DNA from: an uncultured virus (IMG/VR IMGVR_UViG_3300037808_001064)
Lineage: Duplodnaviria; Heunggongvirae; Uroviricota; Caudoviricetes
Direction: 5' to 3' (one strand)
DNA: 20,000 nucleotides
Virus record (IMG/VR): IMGVR_UViG_3300037808_001064
Shown: one piece after another, positions 8,210 to 15,904 of the stretch
Layout of the letters: each line of letters begins with the position of its first letter
Numbering within the stretch: position 1 is the stretch's first letter
Position numbers and translations under genes: made by a program
The notes under the pieces: generated by a model
Database searches by the model: none
What the model was told of the DNA's origin: nothing
Seen by the model: the letters and a program-made list of their open reading frames with translations, nothing else

Positions 8210-8722
8210 TTAAATATCTTCAAGTGCATGTTCACGCCAAAATCGATCAAGAATGCGGAACGTAACCAGCTCCGCGGATCTTTTGCTGGGACAAAGCCAC
8301 CAATGCACATTGGGATATTTATCCATCTGCCACGAGATCATCGATCTCGGTATTGTCTTCGGATCCAGCTTGCTCCTCTTACACCCTTCCATGATTCGGC
8401 CGAGGTCAGCCTCAACAACCACCCATCCGCTTTCCAGTTCGTTCAGGCGGCACAGTTGCTTTTCAAATCGCGTCCGGTCAGCACCGACGCAGTTGTAAAG
8501 ATCCTCCATCGACTTGCGTTCAACAGCAACGCGATGCTGAATGCCCTCAATGGAGTAGTCGCCGGTTTTCAGTCCCAGGCGTTTAGTGCGCAGCACTATT
8601 GTTCCACGAGTCTTGTCATCCTTTGTGTCGGCAGGAATGTCCATGAAGTCAAAAGTACTCTGCTCTCTGGTGTCGATAATCAACACGTACGGCCGGGTGA
8701 CGAACTCCGTTTCCTTCGGCAT
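8210..8722 (-). CDS. ERCC4 (XPF/Mus81-type) structure-specific endonuclease
   Basis: Diagnostic motifs IIDTREQ, GDY, VAVERKSMEDL (GDxnERKx3D) and RFEKQLCRL...VVEAD. Confidence 0.9.
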   Translation of the reverse strand: MPKETEFVTRPYVLIIDTREQSTFDFMDIPADTKDDKTRGTIVLRTKRLGLKTGDYSIEGIQHRVAVERKSMEDLYNCVGADRTRFEKQLCRLNELESGWVVVEADLGRIMEGCKRSKLDPKTIPRSMISWQMDKYPNVHWWLCPSKRSAELVTFRILDRFWREHALEDI

Positions 8723-10014
8723 TAAATTGCTCCTGTGTAAAGCTCACTCAGAAAAGTCTTTCGGTCATCAAGTTTGCTCTTCAGAATCTGACGATTCAGG
8801 ACACCCAGCTGGCCAATACTCAAGAGTATTTTTTTGGGGCGACTGAACCCGGTGTACACGAGGTTGCGATCGTTAAGGCCACAGTCATCAACCAAATAGA
8901 TTGCAACAGGCCAGCCTGAGCCCTGCGTTGAGTGACAGGTCAGTGCGTAGCCGAGGACCACCTCTTTCTCCCAGCCAGGCTTTGTGTATTTCACAACACC
9001 GCCAGCATGTGAGACGTAGATGGCCTTGCCGAATGAGTCCAGGTTGCAAACGATTCCATCTTCGCCGTTGGCAACGTAGGTCGACCCATGATCCTTCTGC
9101 ATCCAATCGCCATCGAGGGTGTGCCATGTCGCACGATGCTTATTCTTTTTGCAGATGACTTTGTCCCCAAGGCGAAACGGACAGTTTGGTGTCTGCTGCC
9201 CATCCGGATTCAGTAGCTCCTGAAGTCGATGATTGACCGTCTTTCGGTCTAACTCTCCGGCGAGGTTTCTGGTGACAATCACCTGAACGTCCTTGATGGG
9301 ATTGAACCCACGAGCCTTCATCCGCTCCAACATCAAGTCCAGCGTCTCAAGAATTTGATGGCCTCGGAATCTCTCCAGGTGCTTATAGTTTTCAGGACCA
9401 TGGGGCCCAGCATCCGGGTCGAGATCTAACTTTGGGGAAGGCTCAATCTTTTCCCCCATGCGAATGCACTTGCAAACATGGGCGATCCGGCCGGCATAAC
9501 GATGGACCTCGGTGAGGTGGGCATGAGGGAACATCTGCGACTCAATCATGTCCTTGAGTGGCTTACCCTTCCCCACGGGGCTCAGCTGGTAATCGTCACC
9601 GATCATCACAACCTGACAGCCTGGCCGAATGGCGGCGAAGAGCCATGACCCCTCAGCGGCAGCGATCATTGATGTCTCGTCTACAAACACTCGATCCACG
9701 GGCAGGTGGCTTTTGTGGTTGTATTCGAACTCCCATCCCAGCCCGTCGTACCCAACCCGAGTTGGGATCAGACCGGAGTGAATTGTCTTTGCTCTCAAGT
9801 CGACTCCGCACTCACTGAATGCTTCCATCATCCTTTGAGCTGCCTTGCCAGTGGGCGCAAAACAAAACGTGGAAATTTCTGGTGTCCGCTTAACCAATTC
9901 AGCGAGTAATGTTGTCTTTCCTGTTCCCCCGCCCCCCGTCAGCAAGGAGAACCTCGAATTCTGAATTAGTGTGACTGCTTTCTCTTGGCTTTCTGTGAGT
10001 GTTAGCACTGGCAT
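8722..10014 (-). CDS. recD2: RecD2-like SF1B helicase, C-terminal motor half
   Basis: LTESQEKAV Q-motif, Walker A LTGGGGTGKTT, FAPTGKAA, TIHS, VDETSM, IGDDYQLSPVGKG, HLTEVHR, FRLGDKVI, NGEDG, LGYALTCHSTQGSGW, RNLVYTGFSR. Confidence 0.88.
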   Translation of the reverse strand: MPVLTLTESQEKAVTLIQNSRFSLLTGGGGTGKTTLLAELVKRTPEISTFCFAPTGKAAQRMMEAFSECGVDLRAKTIHSGLIPTRVGYDGLGWEFEYNHKSHLPVDRVFVDETSMIAAAEGSWLFAAIRPGCQVVMIGDDYQLSPVGKGKPLKDMIESQMFPHAHLTEVHRYAGRIAHVCKCIRMGEKIEPSPKLDLDPDAGPHGPENYKHLERFRGHQILETLDLMLERMKARGFNPIKDVQVIVTRNLAGELDRKTVNHRLQELLNPDGQQTPNCPFRLGDKVICKKNKHRATWHTLDGDWMQKDHGSTYVANGEDGIVCNLDSFGKAIYVSHAGGVVKYTKPGWEKEVVLGYALTCHSTQGSGWPVAIYLVDDCGLNDRNLVYTGFSRPKKILLSIGQLGVLNRQILKSKLDDRKTFLSELYTGAI

Positions 10015-10915
10015 CCCTTAGTTTCGTTGTGTAGTTGAAAATTAGTCGCTCATTGATGGCATCGTCCTTCATCGCCAGCCATTTTTCGCCGGCCACAGTC
10101 TTCACGTTTATGAGCTTGGCCCGGCGTGCCAGCTCAATCGCTTTCTTTGGTTTGATGTCAGAGCCAACAAGCCGCCTCAGTTCCTTGATGGCCTCCTTAA
10201 CGCTGAGCCATGTGCTCCCATCAGCCTGCTGAAGCAGATACCACAAGCAGACTGCCTGACGTTTCAGTTTGCGGGGATTGTGGCCACGAGACTTATAAAG
10301 CTCATCGCATCGAAGGAACCCAGCGGACGGATACTTTCTGATCAGCATCGTGAATGGGTCGTCCGCTATTCTGTCAAAGGCACAGACACCAAAATCGTCA
10401 ATGGCACACTGGACGACGTTCGAACCGAACCCCCTGCCTTTTAGCAGCTGGTTCAGCTCAATTGCGGTGTCCTCAAAAGCCTCAGCCTGAGTGACTATGT
10501 CGCTACAAACCTTAGCCTGCTCTGTGGAGATCCCTGTGATTTCACACACCGTCTCCAGGTCTCCCTTGAGTGTCGGCAGCGTTCTCTCAGGGCCAACGCG
10601 GGCAATGATCTTGTTCAGGCCAGCTGCCCCAATGCCGCACTTGTTGAAGATTTTTTTTTCAAGGTAGGCGACGAGCCCCGCAGCGGTCTTTGGCTTCTGC
10701 GCGACGAAGTTCAGAAACTTGAACTGCTTTCCGTGGTTCTCGTGGTCCTCCCAGTATCCCGAAAACCGGTACTCGACCGAGGGGATGAACGTGTCCCTCC
10801 CGGCCGCACCAACAATGACGGTTCCGTCCATCAGCATGCCGACACAGTATGTGCCTTCGTCGTTGGCCCATCGGCACTTCTGAAAGACGCCCGAAAGCTC
10901 TGTGGTCTTCCCCAT
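9899..10915 (-). CDS. recD2: RecD2-like helicase, N-terminal half (OB-fold + HhH domains) encoded as a separate ORF
   Basis: G.WEDHENHGKQFKF, AYLEKKIFNKCGIG (HhH), EITGIS, DRIADDPFTMLI....AGFLRCD and QQADGSTWL match the RecD2 N-terminal region. Overlaps the motor-half ORF by 116 nt in a different frame. Confidence 0.8.
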   Translation of the reverse strand: MGKTTELSGVFQKCRWANDEGTYCVGMLMDGTVIVGAAGRDTFIPSVEYRFSGYWEDHENHGKQFKFLNFVAQKPKTAAGLVAYLEKKIFNKCGIGAAGLNKIIARVGPERTLPTLKGDLETVCEITGISTEQAKVCSDIVTQAEAFEDTAIELNQLLKGRGFGSNVVQCAIDDFGVCAFDRIADDPFTMLIRKYPSAGFLRCDELYKSRGHNPRKLKRQAVCLWYLLQQADGSTWLSVKEAIKELRRLVGSDIKPKKAIELARRAKLINVKTVAGEKWLAMKDDAINERLIFNYTTKLRDASANTHRKPRESSHTNSEFEVLLADGGRGNRKDNITR

Positions 10916-11814
10916 CAGGACAACCTCAGAACAGGCTGGACCCTCTTGAACAGTTCCATCTCAGACCAGCCATCAGAGGCGACGTAACGGGCCAGTTCTT
11001 CCCACTGAGCCCCTTCGATCATCTCCTGAACGTGAGAGCCGTCAACGTCCCCGGCCGGAGGCGTGATGCCATACTGAGGCAACAGAGACTTCAGTTTCTG
11101 CATGTTGGCTATGGTGCCGAACATCTTCAGACAAATGTCGGCCGTGTCTTTTGCGTACCGACTGTTGTCTACTGGTTTTTGCGGAGTGACGCCCAGTTTG
11201 ATGGCTCGGTGAATCAGACAGGGGTCATCGTACGAAGCAGTGTTGTAGCCCACTCTCAGCCGGCCAGTGGCAACCATCCGGAACCAGGCGTCGACCAACT
11301 GCTTTTCATGTTCGCGATCCTCGGCCAGCCACACCTTTGGAACAGGATCGTTGAAGAAGCAGATCGACATGGCGACGATACGGCAGGTCCACGGACACTT
11401 CGACAGGTTTTTCCATGCCTGCAGATCTTCGTTGCCGTTTTCACAGTACTTCTTGAGTACAGTGTTGACGCCTTTGCGGTTCTTGCCGGCGATCTCTGCG
11501 TCCCAGACCTGCTGGGCATCCTCGGCATGAACACCGCTGTTGATGAAACTCTTTGCTGTGGATTCACTCTTGAGAATGTCGGCCATGTTTAACGGCTGCT
11601 TGTCATACACAGGCACGTCAGGCTTCGGGGCATCCGGATAGGTCTCAACGTCGTATGCCCAGGCACAACCACCTTCTGGCGGCTCCCAGTTGGAATCCAT
11701 GACTTCGAACTTGAAGTCATCTTTAGGTTGCTGCTCGACCTGCTCAGGTTCTTCTGCGTGTATCGAATCTCGGTCAATACCGGTCGTGCTCACTGTCTGA
11801 TCGAATAGTCCCAC
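10915..11814 (-). CDS. DnaQ-like/RNase H-fold 3'-5' exonuclease (DEDDy)
   Basis: ExoI WAYDVET, ExoII VGYNTASYDDP, ExoIII YVASD. Start reassigned to GTG at 11814 (GGGGA SD upstream), because the ORF track's 5' extension to 11928 runs through a terminator. Confidence 0.8.
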   Translation of the reverse strand: MGLFDQTVSTTGIDRDSIHAEEPEQVEQQPKDDFKFEVMDSNWEPPEGGCAWAYDVETYPDAPKPDVPVYDKQPLNMADILKSESTAKSFINSGVHAEDAQQVWDAEIAGKNRKGVNTVLKKYCENGNEDLQAWKNLSKCPWTCRIVAMSICFFNDPVPKVWLAEDREHEKQLVDAWFRMVATGRLRVGYNTASYDDPCLIHRAIKLGVTPQKPVDNSRYAKDTADICLKMFGTIANMQKLKSLLPQYGITPPAGDVDGSHVQEMIEGAQWEELARYVASDGWSEMELFKRVQPVLRLS

Positions 11815-11839
11815 AATTACATCCCCGTTCTGTGATGAC

Positions 11840-11874
11840 AAAAAAAGAGCCAGGCCTTGCCGTGAAGACCTGGC
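11840..11874 (-). terminator. Intrinsic (Rho-independent) terminator between the SSB and exonuclease genes
   Basis: Minus strand GCCAGGTCTT-CACGGC-AAGGCCTGGC followed by TCTTTTTTT: a 10-bp stem (one G-U pair) plus U-tract. Confidence 0.75.
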
Positions 11875-11975
11875 GTGTGAAATTGATCCCCGTTCTGGCC
11901 ACACAAGGCGGGGACACCCTTGATCCAATACGACTCAGTCACGAACGCGAAAACTGTCCGCGTGGCAGACTTTGG

Positions 11976-12584
11976 CTACACGTCGTCCGCGTCGTCACCT
12001 GCATCCACAGGAGTCGACATCAGAACGGTGTTAGGATCCTTCGGCACATCTTCAACCTTGGCGTGGTTACATGGCCACACGTTGTTGTTATAGACGATAT
12101 AGAACGGCTTATCCTTGTCGTTCTTGTTCGGACGAGTAGACACCTGGCAGATGGCATTAGTGCCTCTCAGGCGTTCGTACATTTCCTGAGTGATAGTGAA
12201 CGACTCCTGACCAAAGGCCTCGTCACCGATCACGCCAAAGCCGAACAGCAGGCAGACAATGGCCTTCCGGTCCTTGTCTTCCAGCGGCTCCATGCCTTCG
12301 CTGAAATCCTTCCAGTTGCATGGAGTCATCAGGCGGATGGCGTGACGCATACTTTTCCCGATCTCAGAATCGTGCTCTCCCGCGAGAACCTTCATGCTAA
12401 GAATAACTTCCGGAATGATTGTCTTGTCACCCTCTGATTCCAGGCTGAACTTCACGTCTTCTACCTGGAAGTGGAACAGGCCCTTTTTGCAAACGCCAAG
12501 ACTGGCGTCGTTCACAGAATCCTCGGTGACAGTACTCGTGTCGACGGTTGAGTTCTCTGTGGAGAATGGATCGTTTTCACTCAT
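11976..12584 (-). CDS. Putative phage single-stranded DNA-binding protein (DUF669-like)
   Basis: KGLFHFQVEDV...VILSMKVLAGEH...GK pattern and an acidic C-terminal tail (PVDAGDDADDV). Adjacent to a Sak4-like ATPase, the usual context. Confidence 0.6.
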   Translation of the reverse strand: MSENDPFSTENSTVDTSTVTEDSVNDASLGVCKKGLFHFQVEDVKFSLESEGDKTIIPEVILSMKVLAGEHDSEIGKSMRHAIRLMTPCNWKDFSEGMEPLEDKDRKAIVCLLFGFGVIGDEAFGQESFTITQEMYERLRGTNAICQVSTRPNKNDKDKPFYIVYNNNVWPCNHAKVEDVPKDPNTVLMSTPVDAGDDADDV

Positions 12585-12736
12585 AGCTTCATCACTTTCT
12601 TGAGCCTCTTCAGCTCGTCAAAACTTGTTATCCATGTGGCTGGATACCCAAATACATCCAGCCATTCTTTTTTCGTTCGCTCCTCACCGCACAGTGCGAC
12701 CAGCCCTTGGAGCATCTCAGGCCAGTCTCGTTTTAT
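12581..12736 (-). CDS. Short -1-frame ORF, probable frameshift extension of the upstream ATPase (or a 44-aa gene from ATG 12715)
   Basis: Manual translation: IKRDWPEMLQGLVALCGEERTKKEWLDVFGYPATWITSFDELKRLKKVMKL*. It fills the intergenic gap exactly and its TGA overlaps the SSB ATG (ATGA). Not in the ORF track. Confidence 0.6.
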   Translation of the reverse strand: MKRDWPEMLQGLVALCGEERTKKEWLDVFGYPATWITSFDELKRLKKVMKL

Positions 12737-14154
12737 TTTTTTGCCAGATCCCGTTTAGCCTGCAGTGACCACAAGGCCTTCCGCAAATCCTCCAGCCCCT
12801 CCGGTGTCAGGTCAACGAGCTTGTCCCCTTCCTTTCCTCGTTTAGCGATTGCTTTGAGTGATTGTTCCTTGCTCATTCCAAGAGCCTTCATCTGGCTACG
12901 CACCAGCTCAACTTTTTCCTCCGGTTTCAGCGTGGCCAGAGGAGTTTCCACATCAGAAGAATGCCCATCCTTGGGCGAGGCAGTCGTTGCCTTTCCTTCG
13001 GGCTCTTCCTGAGCCTCTACAGCGGCCTTCGCTGGTTCCGTGGTCGAGTCCGTGCTCTTGTCATCAGCCGGAGCTGAAACAGGTTCAGGAGTGGACGAGG
13101 GATCCGGAGCTTCGACGGGTGCTTCCTTCTTTGGTTCAGCAGCTTTCCTCTTTGCCGCGGAGTTTCGTTCTGCAGCGTCTTTCACGTCTGCCAGGCGAGC
13201 GTTCTTTGCCTCTTCGGCCTCCCGTTCATCCTGAGCGATCTGTGCGCGGAGCTGCAACTTTTCGTCGTCGTTCAAAGTTTCGACGGGAGCAATTTCCGAT
13301 CCTTTCAGCTTTTTGTAATTCGGCGGCTTCGCTATATAGTCCCGAATTTTCGTAGCTGACAGGCCGTGGATGGCCGGCGGGAGAATCGGCTTGATTTCCC
13401 CGGTGTCGGCATTGGCATGCACCAGCCGGGACTTGCCGATCGGAGGAGTGATCAGGGCGATCGGAGCGTCAATCTGCTTGCCAGTCTTCGGATCCACCGG
13501 CCGGTTCAGAACGAACACGACATCTGCCATTTTTCTGAACACATCAGAGCCCTTGGCCTTCATCTCACCAGACGGCTTGCCGGCCTTCCAGACCTGCCCC
13601 ATGTGCATGGTGTAGGCAAACGTCTCGATCTTCCCAGAAAGGACGCCAACCATCATGTCGATCATCGTCTTAACGTCGCCCCAGGCCAACGCAGTCATTT
13701 TGTCGTACTGGCCAGATGTGCGGCCGAACTCTTTCGGGTGCGACACAACGTAGTCATAGGCTCCCTGCTGGATCTCATTGATCGGATCCACTGAAATGAC
13801 GGTGTATGTTCCCGGATCAATCCCCTTCAGCAGGTCACGAAACCAAACAAAACACTCGACGGGGGACGGGATCCCTGAAGAATTCTTGGTCTTCACCTCG
13901 TCGTACATGACGAGGTGCTTCTTGAACGGCAAGTTGAATGCCGAACTCGACGACTCAATGTCGATCTTCAGTGTGTTACGGGCATCGATCATGTCGCACG
14001 CCAGCGACTTCCCTGAGCCGAACGGGCCCGTTACGCCAATCGTTCGAATCTTCAGTGGTTCGCCGTTTACTCTGCCCCAGAACGGCTCTCCGGGCTTGTC
14101 TGTCCACTCAACCTTCTGACCAATCCTCTTCCACGACAGCTCATTCTTACCCAT
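12733..14154 (-). CDS. AAA_24/Sak4-like P-loop ATPase (putative phage recombinase) with Ala/Pro/Glu-rich linker and C-terminal helical domain
   Basis: Walker A IGVTGPFGSGKS, TLKIDIE, Walker B-like VISVDP, MADVVFVL. Start reassigned to ATG 14154 (AGGAAAGG upstream); the track start at 14373 overlaps csrA. Confidence 0.7.
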   Translation of the reverse strand: MGKNELSWKRIGQKVEWTDKPGEPFWGRVNGEPLKIRTIGVTGPFGSGKSLACDMIDARNTLKIDIESSSSAFNLPFKKHLVMYDEVKTKNSSGIPSPVECFVWFRDLLKGIDPGTYTVISVDPINEIQQGAYDYVVSHPKEFGRTSGQYDKMTALAWGDVKTMIDMMVGVLSGKIETFAYTMHMGQVWKAGKPSGEMKAKGSDVFRKMADVVFVLNRPVDPKTGKQIDAPIALITPPIGKSRLVHANADTGEIKPILPPAIHGLSATKIRDYIAKPPNYKKLKGSEIAPVETLNDDEKLQLRAQIAQDEREAEEAKNARLADVKDAAERNSAAKRKAAEPKKEAPVEAPDPSSTPEPVSAPADDKSTDSTTEPAKAAVEAQEEPEGKATTASPKDGHSSDVETPLATLKPEEKVELVRSQMKALGMSKEQSLKAIAKRGKEGDKLVDLTPEGLEDLRKALWSLQAKRDLAKK

Positions 14155-14317
14155 ATCAATATCAACCTTTCCTACGACGGGATTGCCCCGCCAGTCTTCG
14201 GGATAAACACAACTTACCACTCTCAGATCCGCCGGAGGCACATGGTACGCCCGGACTTTACACTCACAGTTTTTTGATGCGCCCCTGCTCAAACCCAATG
14301 GACATTCCGTCAGGATC

Positions 14318-14521
14318 TTATCCGCTAGAATCTCGCTCCGGGAGAACGCACACAGGACCAGCTGGTCTGGCATCCAATAATTCTCCTCTCATAATCACGG
14401 CATCCTCTGGTGCCTCAATGCCAATCTTCACCTTGCCCGCGTGGACAGCAAGTACCCTGAAGGTGACGTTAAGGTCGGGAATAACAATTGTTTCCTCACG
14501 CTTTCTGCTCAGAACTAACAT
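14318..14521 (-). CDS. csrA: Carbon storage regulator CsrA/RsmA-family RNA-binding protein
   Basis: MLVLSRKREETIVI....VTFRVLAV..GKVKIGIEAPEDAVIMRGEL aligns by eye with CsrA (MLILTRRVGE...VRIGVNAPKEVSVHREEI). L2, L4, R6 and the R44-equivalent are retained. Confidence 0.9.
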   Translation of the reverse strand: MLVLSRKREETIVIPDLNVTFRVLAVHAGKVKIGIEAPEDAVIMRGELLDARPAGPVCVLPERDSSG

Positions 14522-14534
14522 CCCTGTGTTCCTT

Positions 14535-14711
14535 TTAAGAGTCTCGTTTCTTTTTGAAGGAAGTCACCGAACCAGAGTAGATGCTCCGGACCCTGCGAAA
14601 CAGCTTGGACTTCAGCGTTCCATCACTCACCATGCGATCGACAGTCCTAATCGACAGCCTTAGCGTCCGAGCGGCTTCCTGTCGGGTTACGAACGTCTTT
14701 TTGCGAGGCAT
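14535..14711 (-). CDS. Excisionase/Xis-like (HTH_17) small DNA-binding protein
   Basis: 58 aa, absent from the ORF track: MPRKKTFVTRQEAARTLRLSIRTVDRMVSDGTLKSKLFRRVRSIYSGSVTSFKKKRDS. The T..EAA..L..S.RTV.R....G.L signature is typical of HTH_17. Confidence 0.8.
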   Translation of the reverse strand: MPRKKTFVTRQEAARTLRLSIRTVDRMVSDGTLKSKLFRRVRSIYSGSVTSFKKKRDS

Positions 14712-14751
14712 TGCTGCTGTGTTCCGTTGTCTTCTGCCGTATTCCGTTGTC
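14712..14751 (-). repeat. Imperfect 20-bp tandem repeat abutting the HTH start codon
   Basis: Minus strand GACAACGGAATACGGCAGAA / GACAACGGAACACAGCAGCA, 17/20 identical. Confidence 0.8.
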
Positions 14752-14752
14752 C

Positions 14753-14820
14753 GCTAGAGTCTCTAGCTGTCTCGTCAACTGCGAGATGGAGAATCTACCT
14801 GAGCGCACAAAGTACCGCAA
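14753..14820 (-). promoter_or_regulatory. Candidate sigma70-type promoter plus palindromic operator/hairpin for the HTH-csrA-replication operon
   Basis: TTGCGG-17 nt-TAGATT (14820 to 14792) and a perfect palindrome GCTAGAG-A-CTCTAGC (14753-14767). Confidence 0.4.
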
Positions 14821-14872
14821 GTCACAATCTTACGATTGGAAGGAATAGTGGTCCGCGGTCACGATCAACACT

Positions 14873-15904
14873 CTATGTTGCGGTGTTAATCGGTCCTTCG
14901 GAAACGATCGTCTCGCCCTTCGGACGGTATGTGATGTCGCCACCGTTCGCAGAGGATCGCAAGCTCTTCAAGGCGTCGGCGTAGGTGGCGGATTTGACCT
15001 TTTTGCTGGCCGCAGACTTCACGGTGATTGTCACGTCGCCGGCCGACTCGTCATCAACAACCAGAGTTGCATCAGACGCCGTGCCCCATGTGGTCCCCTG
15101 AACAGTCAATAGTCCAGTCGTTTTATCCACAGCAATTACGGCAGCTGAATCGGCGTCATTCCGATTGTGTTTCAACATGAAAATCAGGTTCGTGTTATTC
15201 GCTAAGGTTCCGAGTCCTGTGATGACAATCTGCCACTGATCACCTTCCGTTACGTTGATCACATTGACCGACAGTGGAGAAGCGACATCTTCAGATACCG
15301 CCTGAACACCGGCAACGATGGATGCGATGTTAGCGGGGCTTAATCCACCAGCATTGTCCGCGATTGCTTCCAAAGAATCTGTAAGCTCACTGTACGCACC
15401 AGCACCAGCACCAGAGGTTTTGATCTCTGCCAAAGCTGTAGCGTCCGCAACTTGTTTACCCGCCATCAAACCCAACCACTCAGCGAGTATAGTTATTCCA
15501 GCGAATACTGAAGCTGCTGGAGGAACCACAGTGTTCGCTCCGACCGCAACCGTAGCCCCATCATACCCCACCAGCGGATGTGGAACGCCTTCAATGACCC
15601 CTGCAGTGTAACTGCCCTTGACCGACACTGCTCCGAACTGGGACGCAACGGCAGCATCAGGAGCATCCACTGTGTAAAGGTTGCCCGACCCTACCTGCCG
15701 AATAGCCCCATCAGCGTGTGCCGTATCGTCAGCCGCTTTATCACTGAGTGAAGAGATCGCCACTGACGATCCGCCTGCACGATAGACCGACAATGCCAGA
15801 CCAGCTTCAGCAGCGAGCAGATTAACCTTTGCTGTGCCGTCGGTGTCGAATGCTCTGAAGAACATAATTGGATCGGACGAACCGACTAAAATCGCATGGC
15901 TCAT
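14873..15904 (-). CDS. Phage structural (tail/baseplate-associated) protein
   Basis: 343 aa, Ala/Gly/Thr/Val-rich, ATGA-coupled to the LamG gene. The C-terminal beta-rich region is loosely BppU-like. Function inferred from context. Confidence 0.55.
   Translation of the reverse strand: MSHAILVGSSDPIMFFRAFDTDGTAKVNLLAAEAGLALSVYRAGGSSVAISSLSDKAADDTAHADGAIRQVGSGNLYTVDAPDAAVASQFGAVSVKGSYTAGVIEGVPHPLVGYDGATVAVGANTVVPPAASVFAGITILAEWLGLMAGKQVADATALAEIKTSGAGAGAYSELTDSLEAIADNAGGLSPANIASIVAGVQAVSEDVASPLSVNVINVTEGDQWQIVITGLGTLANNTNLIFMLKHNRNDADSAAVIAVDKTTGLLTVQGTTWGTASDATLVVDDESAGDVTITVKSAASKKVKSATYADALKSLRSSANGGDITYRPKGETIVSEGPINTAT

Noticed and set aside
10651..10659. A9 run (GAA AAA AAA ATC) in the RecD2 N-terminal ORF as a frameshift or slippage site
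   Set aside because: The -1 frame closes after about 20 codons and cannot join the motor ORF. Explained by Glu-Lys-Lys-Ile codons.
11815..11928. 5' extension of the exonuclease ORF
   Set aside because: It crosses an intrinsic terminator, and a GTG with SD at 11814 is a better start.
10849..14663. Long + strand ORFs (10849..11592, 11832..12437, 12858..13355, 13938..14663) and other + strand ORFs
   Set aside because: Antisense to well-supported genes, with no recognisable motifs. Expected shadows in GC-rich coding DNA.
14535..14711. Evidence of an integration/excision module
   Set aside because: HTH_17 proteins are often regulators, and no integrase or att site is identifiable in this window.
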